A program made the translations under genes and the position numbers. From an uncultured Gemmatimonadaceae bacterium (lineage in GTDB: Bacteria; Gemmatimonadota; Gemmatimonadetes; Gemmatimonadales; GWC2-71-9): a stretch of DNA of 64,000 bases. Location of the stretch: assembly GCA_964348385.1 (NCBI GenBank), contig CAYGCN010000001.1, positions 537-64,536 on the forward strand. The letters are read 5' to 3'. The notes under the pieces were generated by a model. The model saw nothing but the letters and a program-made list of their open reading frames with translations. It ran no database searches and was not told where the DNA came from. This document shows, in pieces, positions 9,479-17,064 of the stretch; the first letter of the stretch is position 1, and the number at the start of each line of letters is the position of its first letter.

Positions 9479-10085
9479 TCTCGCGAAGCCGACGCGCCGC
9501 AGCGCGCACGTTCGGCGCACCGAACACCGCGCTGCTGACCGCCACCCCGCACGCGCCGGCCGCCAAGACGTCGGCCACGTTTGCCGCGGAGATGCCGCCG
9601 ATCGCGATGACCGGCATCCCGGCCGGTGCCAGGGCGGCGATCGATCGGAAGCCCTCCGGCCCGATCGGCGCGCCGGCATCCGGCTTCGTGCCCGTGCGAT
9701 AGATCGAGCCCACACTCCAGTAGTCGACCGGGGAGGCGAGCGCGAGCTCGGCCTCGGAACGATCGCCGACTGAGATGCCCACCCTGAGCGCATCACCCGC
9801 GAATTCGCGCACGGCGGCGGGAGACAGGTCGTCGGCTCCCACGTGCACACCGCGCGCTCCCGCCAGGAGCGCTACGTCGGCGCGATCGTTGATCCAGACC
9901 GGGATCGGCACCGCCGCACACAGGAGCCGTGCGCTCGCGGTGAGCTCGCCTGCCGGGACGTCCTTGGCCCTGAGCTGCACCGCCGTGGCTCCACCGGCAG
10001 CCGCAGCGCGGCACGCATCGACGACATCCGCCAGGTCCACCACCGGTGGTCCGACGATGACGAGCAACCGCAACTCCGATTGCAC
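9456..10085 (-). CDS. thiE: Thiamine-phosphate synthase
   Basis: Track ORF 9456..10469 trimmed to the GTG at 10083-10085, which is preceded by AAGGAGG 5 nt upstream. Motifs: AVQLRAKD, INDRADVAL, GVHVG, IAIGGI. The 3' end overlaps the convergent mltG by 23 nt. Confidence 0.8.
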   Translation of the reverse strand: MQSELRLLVIVGPPVVDLADVVDACRAAAAGGATAVQLRAKDVPAGELTASARLLCAAVPIPVWINDRADVALLAGARGVHVGADDLSPAAVREFAGDALRVGISVGDRSEAELALASPVDYWSVGSIYRTGTKPDAGAPIGPEGFRSIAALAPAGMPVIAIGGISAANVADVLAAGACGVAVSSAVFGAPNVRAAARRLREIIDASLR

Positions 10086-10169
10086 ACCGGCCTCCTTGTT
10101 TCCCGCCCTCGACTGCCCACAAGATACCCGCGTTCGAACCGCCGGGCTGCCTAGGGAGGCGACGTTCCG

Positions 10170-11327
10170 ATGATTCCATCCGTCGTTGTGTCGCATCGCG
10201 GTGCCCGCCGGCTCCGCGGTGGCCATCCGTGGGTGTACCGGTCGGACACCGATGATCGCGACATCCCGGCGGGGCCGGTGCGGGTCGTGGACGCCAGGGG
10301 GCGCCGGCTGGGCCGTGCCCTGTGGAGTCCGCAGTCGGAAATTCGCCTCCGGCTGCTCACGACCGACGATGTCGCGATCGACGAGGCGTGGTGGGCGGAG
10401 CACGTCGCCCAGGCTGTCGCCCGGAGAGCGCACCTCGCGGCAGACGCCACGGCATACCGGCTGGTGCATGCAGAGGGCGACGGTCTACCCGCCCTGGTTG
10501 TCGATCGCTACGGCGACTACGTCGTCGCACAATTGCTCACCGCCGGGATCGAGGCCGTGCGATCCGACGTGCTTGGTGCCATCAGGACCACCCTCCGGCC
10601 GGCGGGCATCCTGCTGCGCAACGACGCGTCGATACGGCGCCATGAGGGACTGCCACTCGCGATCGAAACCGTCGATGGATCGGTTCCCGAGAGGATCGAA
10701 GTACGAGTCGGCCCGGTGCGATACTGGGCGTTGCCCCGGGAGGGGCAGAAGACGGGGGCGTTCCTGGATCAGCGTGCGAACCACCAACTGATGGGTCGCG
10801 TGGCTCGAGGTCGCGCCCTGGACGTGTTCACGTATCAGGGCCTGTTCGCCGTCCACATGGCGCAGCGCGCCGACTCGGTGCTCGCGATCGATTCGAGCGG
10901 GCCCGCGCTGGACGTGGCTCGGACCAACGCCGCTCTCAACACCGGCGGTCCGATCGAGTGGATGGAAGCCAATGCATTCGACGCCCTGCGATCGCTCGAG
11001 GCCGACGGGGCGCGGTTCGACACGATCGTGCTGGATCCGCCCGCGTTCGCCAAGACCCGCCAGGCGGTGCCGGCGGCGCTACGCGGCTACAAGGAGATCA
11101 ACCTTCGAGCCCTTCGAATGCTCGCACCGGGTGGCCGGCTGCTCACGTGCTCGTGCTCGTTCCACGTGAGTCGAGCCCGTTTCCTCCAGATGCTCGCGGC
11201 GGCGGCCGCCGATTGCGGGCGACGCATCGTGCTGGAGCAGCTGGTGGGACAGAGCGACGACCATCCGGAGGTGCTGACGGTCCCCGAGAGCAGTTACCTC
11301 AAAGGTGCATTGGTGCGGGTCGACTGA
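10170..11327 (+). CDS. rlmI: 23S rRNA m5C methyltransferase RlmI-like (PUA + class I SAM MTase)
   Basis: N-terminal RLRGGHPWVYRSD (PUA-like), QKTGAFLDQR, and the DPPAFAK catalytic motif. Confidence 0.8.
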   Translation: MIPSVVVSHRGARRLRGGHPWVYRSDTDDRDIPAGPVRVVDARGRRLGRALWSPQSEIRLRLLTTDDVAIDEAWWAEHVAQAVARRAHLAADATAYRLVHAEGDGLPALVVDRYGDYVVAQLLTAGIEAVRSDVLGAIRTTLRPAGILLRNDASIRRHEGLPLAIETVDGSVPERIEVRVGPVRYWALPREGQKTGAFLDQRANHQLMGRVARGRALDVFTYQGLFAVHMAQRADSVLAIDSSGPALDVARTNAALNTGGPIEWMEANAFDALRSLEADGARFDTIVLDPPAFAKTRQAVPAALRGYKEINLRALRMLAPGGRLLTCSCSFHVSRARFLQMLAAAAADCGRRIVLEQLVGQSDDHPEVLTVPESSYLKGALVRVD

Positions 11328-11414
11328 CCATCCGGGTCGTGACGCGCGGCCGGGGCGGGCGGCCAAGCCGCCGGCCGTTGACAATCGAAGTTGCGCCGAG
11401 CGAGGTTGCACCTC

Positions 11415-12293
11415 ATGCCGCCGCCGCACTTGGCGCGATCCAGCCGAACCGCACAAGTCCGCCGCGTTCTCATCGGCCTCCTCATCGCAAACCTGGGCGT
11501 CGTGGGGGCCAAGTTCGTCATCGGGCTCCGCACGGGCTCCCTCGGCGTGCTCGGCGATGCCGTGCATTCCTCCGTCGATGCGTTCAACAACGTGCTGGCC
11601 CTCGCCGTCATCCGGGTCGCCGCGCGCGAGCCTGACGAAGACCACCCGTACGGACACGAGAAGTTCGAGACCCTGGGCGCCCTGGCGATCGTGGTGTTTC
11701 TGTCGATCACGGGATTCGAGTTGGTGCAACAGGCGTTCACCCGGTTGCTAGCCGGCGGCATGACCATCGACATCACGGCCGGGGAACTCGGCCTGCTGGT
11801 CAGCACGCTCGTCGTGAACACGGTCGTGACGGTCTACGAAACCCGACGTGGACGTGAACTCAAGAGCGATATCCTGCTGGCCGACGCTGCCCATACCCGT
11901 GCCGACGTGTTCATCACGATCGGTGTGCTGGTCGGCGTGCTTGCCGGTCGCTACGGGTACGCCTACGTCGATCCGATCATGGCGTTGATCATCGCCGCGG
12001 TCATCGTCGTGCTGGCGTACCGAATCGTCGCCCGTTCGGTCCCGGTGCTGGTCGATCAGCTCGTCACGGAGCCGCACGAGATCCAGGATGCTGCCGAGCA
12101 CGTGGGTGGCGTCGTCCGCGCCTACGACATCCGGTCACGGGGGGTGCGGGAGCGTCGCTTCGTCGAGTTGACGATCGCCGTCGATGGCACGGCAACCGTC
12201 GAGGCGGCACACAAGCTGGCCGACTATGTCGAGCGTCGACTTCGGGACGACCTCGGATTCCACGAGGTCATCGTCCACGTCGAGCCGTGCTGA
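11415..12293 (+). CDS. Cation diffusion facilitator (CDF) family metal efflux transporter
   Basis: GDAVHSSVDAFNN, DHPYGHEKFE, and the C-terminal cytoplasmic domain. The track start is a TTG at 11391. I prefer the ATG at 11415, because a perfect TTGACA (11378-11383) sits immediately upstream of 11391. Confidence 0.8.
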   Translation: MPPPHLARSSRTAQVRRVLIGLLIANLGVVGAKFVIGLRTGSLGVLGDAVHSSVDAFNNVLALAVIRVAAREPDEDHPYGHEKFETLGALAIVVFLSITGFELVQQAFTRLLAGGMTIDITAGELGLLVSTLVVNTVVTVYETRRGRELKSDILLADAAHTRADVFITIGVLVGVLAGRYGYAYVDPIMALIIAAVIVVLAYRIVARSVPVLVDQLVTEPHEIQDAAEHVGGVVRAYDIRSRGVRERRFVELTIAVDGTATVEAAHKLADYVERRLRDDLGFHEVIVHVEPC

Positions 12294-13093
12294 CCTCACC
12301 GCAACCTCAGCCTCGACGCGACCGTCGGCCGCGGTCGCTCCGACAGGAGTACAGCGAGTTCATCCTCGAACGGATCGAGGAGTTCAAGCAGCAACTCACT
12401 CGTCGGGAGCTGATGAGCATCGCCGACGACGCGGTGCGCGAGCTCGATGCCGGGACCGAAGACCAGTTGGTGATGACCGAGGTGCTGGTCCTGGAGCACG
12501 TGGATCGCCTGATCATGCGGCGGCTCAACCTGCCGAGCTACCGCCGATGGCGGTCCCGGCATCTCAGGTTGCGGCGCGCGCAGCAGGAACCCACTCACTG
12601 GGGCATCGATCCACACTCCCCCCTCGTGGCGCTCGCTTCGAACCTCGAGCCGGGCGGAGAGGCCCTTGCCGTCGGGACCGGCGCGCAATCGGCGTGCCTC
12701 TACCTCGCCGCCCACCAGTGGTCGGTCGTGTTCATCGGGCCGCAGGTCGCGCAGGTCGAAGCTTTCGAAACCCGGGCGGCCGCGGAGGCGTTGGGAACGA
12801 GGATTCAGGCGTATGTGGTGAGTCTGGGAATGTGGTTTCCGGAAGTGGCACCGTCACTGGTGGTGCTCGACCCGGGGACGCTCGCCGGGCTGGGCGCCGC
12901 CGAGCGGGAGCAGTTCTTTCAGGCGCTGATGGACCGGACTCGGCCGGGCGGCGTGCACCACCTGCTGACGTCGGACAACACGCAGGGCGTCATCACGTTC
13001 GCGCCCGAGATCGTCAAGTCACACTATGCCGGCTGGCGCTTCGACCGCATCCACGACCACGCATCACGCGGCTTCGTCGCGATCAAGCCCTGA
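12287..13093 (+). CDS. Hypothetical protein; helical N-terminal half plus a TehB-like methyltransferase-fold C-terminal half with a degenerate SAM motif
   Basis: GTG start overlaps the CDF gene end by 7 nt. The C-terminal half reads ALAVGTGAQSACLYLAAHQWSVVF ... VVLDPGTL ... RTRPGGVHHLL ... KSHYAGWRF. This follows the order of class I MTase motifs, but GxGxG is reduced to GTG. Confidence 0.5.
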   Translation: MLTSPQPQPRRDRRPRSLRQEYSEFILERIEEFKQQLTRRELMSIADDAVRELDAGTEDQLVMTEVLVLEHVDRLIMRRLNLPSYRRWRSRHLRLRRAQQEPTHWGIDPHSPLVALASNLEPGGEALAVGTGAQSACLYLAAHQWSVVFIGPQVAQVEAFETRAAAEALGTRIQAYVVSLGMWFPEVAPSLVVLDPGTLAGLGAAEREQFFQALMDRTRPGGVHHLLTSDNTQGVITFAPEIVKSHYAGWRFDRIHDHASRGFVAIKP

Positions 13094-13105
13094 GGGCCGC
13101 ACCCG

Positions 13106-14467
13106 CTAGATCGCGTCCGACACCGACGTAAAGCGGAAGCCGTCGACCACGAGCGGGGGGACTGCAATCGAAACACCGGGATCGCCCGCTCCCGAGGGCA
13201 GGGTCCGTCCGGTGACCCCGAGGGCCGTGACCCGATCCAGCATCCCGAGCACACTCTCATTGAACCGCAGATTGGGCACCGCCCCGGTGATTCGCCCACC
13301 CTCGATCAGGAACGTCCCGTCGCGCGTGAGTCCGGTGTAGTGCAGCGTGCGGGCATCGACCGAGCGCACGTACCAGAAGCGTGTGATGAGGAGACCGCGC
13401 GCCACCCCCGCAATCAGCTGATCCAGCGATGCCTCACCTCCGACCATCTTCAGTCCGCCACCCATCGGTGTGGACGGGCGTGCCTGCCGGTTCGCCCAAT
13501 ACCGGGTGGTTGCGAGACTTCGGAGCACGCCACGCTCGATCCACGTCGTGCGCGGAATGGCGGATCCATCCTCCGTGAACGGGGTGGCCAGGAGGTCAGG
13601 GTCGGTCGCATCGGAGAAAATGGTCACGAGCGGGTTCACGACGCGCTCGCCGACCTTGGTACCGCCACCGGGCTTCGCAAACGGCGAGCGCCCCTCGTCG
13701 GCAGCCCGCGCATCCAACCCTTGTGGCAGCAGGCGGACGAGGTCGGCAACCGCGGTCGGCTCGAGGACCACCGTGTACGTGCCGGGCTCGATAGCCCCTG
13801 AAGTGGCGCTGGCACGCGCCTTGTCGGCCGCGACCCGCGCGAGCCGCTGCGCCGGGCCCACTCGCGCCCAATCGTTGTGCGTCGCTCCGGCCCATCCGGA
13901 TCCGCGGCCGTCGGGTGTCCGCACCGTAGTCGAGACGGCGGCGGCAGTCGATCGGTGGTAGGCAAAGAGCCCCGAGGAGTTCGCGATGGCCCGAGCGCTC
14001 GACTCCTGGGACAGATAGCTCGATCCGACGAGATCCGCCTGCTTGGCCTCATTCACCATCGCCACCGTCGCATCGGCACGCATCCCCGCATCGAGCTCCG
14101 CCGTCAACGGGAAAAACGCCTCCACGGCAGCGTAAGACTGGCCGTCGGGCGGCGCCAGGTACTCGGGATCCTCGGGGGCCACCCCCGCAAGGGCCACGAC
14201 CTGCTCGGCGGCGGTGGTAAGCCCCTGATCGTCGGTTCGGTTGGTGACGACCGAGGCCCCACGCGTACCCAGCCACGCCGACAGCGTCACGGACACATCG
14301 GAGGCATCCCCGCCGGTCGTGATCCGGTTCAGCGCCGCCCGGGTATGGCCGGTCATCGTCGCCGATACCCGGACCTCGGAGGCGTCGGCGGCGATGCGCT
14401 GCAGCGCCCGCTCGCAGAGCCGGCGCGCCTGTGCCTCGGTCAGGAGTTCCACCATCGGAGCCGTCAT
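13106..14467 (-). CDS. TldD/PmbA-family metallopeptidase subunit (PmbA/TldE-like), no signal peptide
   Basis: Typical family length and C-terminal region (GLLITRFWY...TGLTRDGTFLIEGG). The N-terminus MTAPMVELLTEAQARR is not signal-like. ATGA overlap with the upstream gene. Confidence 0.8.
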   Translation of the reverse strand: MTAPMVELLTEAQARRLCERALQRIAADASEVRVSATMTGHTRAALNRITTGGDASDVSVTLSAWLGTRGASVVTNRTDDQGLTTAAEQVVALAGVAPEDPEYLAPPDGQSYAAVEAFFPLTAELDAGMRADATVAMVNEAKQADLVGSSYLSQESSARAIANSSGLFAYHRSTAAAVSTTVRTPDGRGSGWAGATHNDWARVGPAQRLARVAADKARASATSGAIEPGTYTVVLEPTAVADLVRLLPQGLDARAADEGRSPFAKPGGGTKVGERVVNPLVTIFSDATDPDLLATPFTEDGSAIPRTTWIERGVLRSLATTRYWANRQARPSTPMGGGLKMVGGEASLDQLIAGVARGLLITRFWYVRSVDARTLHYTGLTRDGTFLIEGGRITGAVPNLRFNESVLGMLDRVTALGVTGRTLPSGAGDPGVSIAVPPLVVDGFRFTSVSDAI

Positions 14468-16065
14468 GCGGCCGCCGTGTTGATCACGCGCACACCGCGG
14501 AACCTGGCGACCGGACAGCCATGGCTCACCGCATTGGACTGCGGCGGCTGCCCCTTGCCGTCACCCAGCGTGCCACCCAACTCGTACGTCCGTGGCCCAC
14601 CCAACATGTCCAGTGAGTTCCAGAAATCGGGCGTACGGCTCTGATACGCCACATCCTTGACCATGCCCACGAGCTTGCCGCCCCGGATCTCGTGGAACAC
14701 CTGTCCACCGAACTGGAAGTTGTACCGCTGCTGGTCGATGCTGTACGAGCCGCGTCCCTTGATCAGGATGCCGCGGTCCGTTGCGGCGATGAGGTCGTCG
14801 AGCCCGTGCCCTTCCTCCCCGGGGAGTAGCGAGATGTTCGGCATTCGCTGGAACGGTGCGTACCGCCATGACTCGGCATGGGCGCAACCGTGTGACCGGT
14901 CGTTGCCGGTGAACTCGGCAATCCACCCGGCCTGCTCACGGGTGGTCTGGTAGTCCACGAACACACCGTCCCTGACGATCGGCCAGCTGTCGGCCGCGAC
15001 GCCTTCGTCGTCCCAGCCCACCGTGGCCAGACCGCCGCGCTGCGTGCGATCACCCTGGACGTTCATGAACTCCGGACCAAACTGAAACGTGCCGAGCACG
15101 GCTCGCGGTGGCGCCAGGAAGGTGGTGCCGGCGAAGCCCGCCTCATACCCCATGGCCCGATCCAGTTCGGTGGCGTGCCCGATGCTCTCGTGAATCGTGA
15201 GGAACAAGTGGCTGGGATGGAGCACCAGATCGTACTCACCGGGCTCGATCGACGGTGCCGTGAGCTTGGCCGCCGCCTCTTCGGCCCACGCGCCCGCACG
15301 CCCTTTGAGATCGGCATGCTCGACGTATTCGTAGCCGAGTCCCATCGGGGCTACCTCCCCGGAGGAGCGGCTCTCGAATCCCGAACGGTCCGGGGCCACC
15401 GCCGTGACCGTCATCGTGGGATAGGTCCGGTAGACGGTCTGCTGGAGCAGGCTTCCGGCGGTTGAGCCGAACGTGGTCTGGACCCGCTCGACCCGAATGG
15501 CGGAGTTCACGAACCGCACCCGGTCGACGCGAAGCGCCTCGGCATTCGCCTCGAGGAGCAGGGCGATCTTGTCATCGACCGGCACCTCGAACGGATCGAT
15601 CTCGATCGGGCTCCGCCACTCGCCATCCGGGTACGCCTCGACCGGTGCCAGCTCGACGCCAGACCCGCCGAGCCTCGCATTCACGCGTGCTTGCGCGACG
15701 GCGGCGCGCGCCACGACCATCGCTTCTGAGCGGGCCAACCGGTGGCTCGCGGAGAAGCCCCAGGCGCCGTCGACCAGCACCCGCACGCCGATCCCGAGGC
15801 TCTCAGATTCCTCGACCCCGCTGACACGCTCCTCGCGGGTGCGAACCGTCTGGCGGCGGAGGCCGACCACGCGCACATCCGCGTACGAGGCACCGGCCGA
15901 TCGCGCCGCATCGAGGGCCAGCATGCAGAGCTGGCGAGGCGGGACATCACCACCCTGCTGAGACGGCACCACGTCCCGGGCAAGCGCACCGGACCCCGTC
16001 GGCGTGGCAAGGGCTGCCACCGCCAGCGACGAGGCCTTGACGAACTCACGTCGGCTCACAGTCAT
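14464..16065 (-). CDS. TldD-family metallopeptidase with twin-arginine (Tat) signal peptide
   Basis: The N-terminus MTVSRREFVKASSLAVAALATP matches S-R-R-x-F-V-K. A TldD-like HExxxH region is present (HESIGHATELD). Confidence 0.8.
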   Translation of the reverse strand: MTVSRREFVKASSLAVAALATPTGSGALARDVVPSQQGGDVPPRQLCMLALDAARSAGASYADVRVVGLRRQTVRTREERVSGVEESESLGIGVRVLVDGAWGFSASHRLARSEAMVVARAAVAQARVNARLGGSGVELAPVEAYPDGEWRSPIEIDPFEVPVDDKIALLLEANAEALRVDRVRFVNSAIRVERVQTTFGSTAGSLLQQTVYRTYPTMTVTAVAPDRSGFESRSSGEVAPMGLGYEYVEHADLKGRAGAWAEEAAAKLTAPSIEPGEYDLVLHPSHLFLTIHESIGHATELDRAMGYEAGFAGTTFLAPPRAVLGTFQFGPEFMNVQGDRTQRGGLATVGWDDEGVAADSWPIVRDGVFVDYQTTREQAGWIAEFTGNDRSHGCAHAESWRYAPFQRMPNISLLPGEEGHGLDDLIAATDRGILIKGRGSYSIDQQRYNFQFGGQVFHEIRGGKLVGMVKDVAYQSRTPDFWNSLDMLGGPRTYELGGTLGDGKGQPPQSNAVSHGCPVARFRGVRVINTAAA

Positions 16066-16243
16066 GCGCTAGGTCTACCCCGAAGCGTCCAAGTGTTCCA
16101 AAGGTGGCCGCGGGGTGCGCGGAAACGCAACGGCTCGGACACCGGGCCTTGCTGCAACACGGTGCCGTTCGCACATTCCCCGCCACGCTCCGACGGACGA
16201 ACTCGTCTCGAACACCACTGTCCCCCGCACACACGAGGGGAAC

Positions 16244-17035
16244 ATGAATCTGAACCTCGACGGCCGAGTGGCGCTGGTCTGTGGATCGTCATCCGGACTC
16301 GGCCTCGCGATCGCCCGGGGCCTGGTGAGCGAGGGATGCGCCGTGGCGATGAACGGCCGTGATCGATCGCGACTGGATCGTGCCGTAGACGCCGTGGCGA
16401 AGGACGGCGCCGGACCGGTCCACGGATTTCAGGCCGACGTGAGCGATGCCCGGCAGGTCACGAACCTGGCGGCCTCGGTGGCCGCCTCGCTCGGCCCCAT
16501 CGACATTCTGCTGTGCAACGCCGGCGGGCCACCCGCCACGGCGTTCGCGGCCGCACCCGCCGGGAGCTGGCAGGCCGCGCTGGAATTGAACCTCTTGTCG
16601 ACGGTCAATCTGTGCCGAGCCGTCGTGCCGGCGATGCGACAGCGTCGGTGGGGCCGGGTCATCTGCCTCACGAGCGTCGCGGCCAAACAGCCCCTGGGTG
16701 ACCTCATCCTGTCCACCACCGCGCGCGCCGGGGTGTTGGGGTTCGCCAAGGCACTCGCCGACGAGGTGGCAGCGGACGGGGTGACCGTCAACGCGGTGTG
16801 CCCGGGCTACATGCGCACCGAGCGCTCGGTGGAGCTGTTTCGCCGCCGGGCCGAGGCGCAAGGGACGTCCGTGGAGCGGGTCACCGAGGGCCTCGTGGCG
16901 ACCATCCCCATGCGGCGGATCGGCGAACCGACCGAGCTGGCCGCCACCGTGGCCTTCCTTGCGTCGGAGGCGGCGGGATACATCACGGGTGTCGCCCTCG
17001 CCGTCGACGGTGGCTTCGTCCGGAGCATCGTGTGA
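16244..17035 (+). CDS. Short-chain dehydrogenase/reductase family protein (FabG-like, atypical active site)
   Basis: Track ORF trimmed to the ATG at 16244 (GAGGGG upstream). GSSSGLG Rossmann motif and NAGG are present. The usual YxxxK position reads S-T-T-A-R by eye, so it may belong to an atypical SDR subgroup. Confidence 0.8.
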   Translation: MNLNLDGRVALVCGSSSGLGLAIARGLVSEGCAVAMNGRDRSRLDRAVDAVAKDGAGPVHGFQADVSDARQVTNLAASVAASLGPIDILLCNAGGPPATAFAAAPAGSWQAALELNLLSTVNLCRAVVPAMRQRRWGRVICLTSVAAKQPLGDLILSTTARAGVLGFAKALADEVAADGVTVNAVCPGYMRTERSVELFRRRAEAQGTSVERVTEGLVATIPMRRIGEPTELAATVAFLASEAAGYITGVALAVDGGFVRSIV

Positions 17036-17064
17036 GGTTTCAGCACACCAACGGGGAGACCGAC

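Noticed and set aside
10132-10139. GTTCGAAC, a tRNA T-loop-like string in the thiE-rlmI gap
   Set aside because: The flanking bases do not form a T-stem (CCGCG versus CGCCG), no acceptor or anticodon arms can be drawn, and the gap is only 84 nt. I found no tRNA-like structure in any other gap either.
10086-10169. Looked for a TPP riboswitch upstream of thiE; also checked 45370..45421 upstream of thiS and the region before 44749
   Set aside because: No CUGAGA / ACCUGAUCUGGAUAAUGCCAGCG-type core was found on either strand, and the gaps are too short (84 and 52 nt). A covariance-model scan would be decisive.
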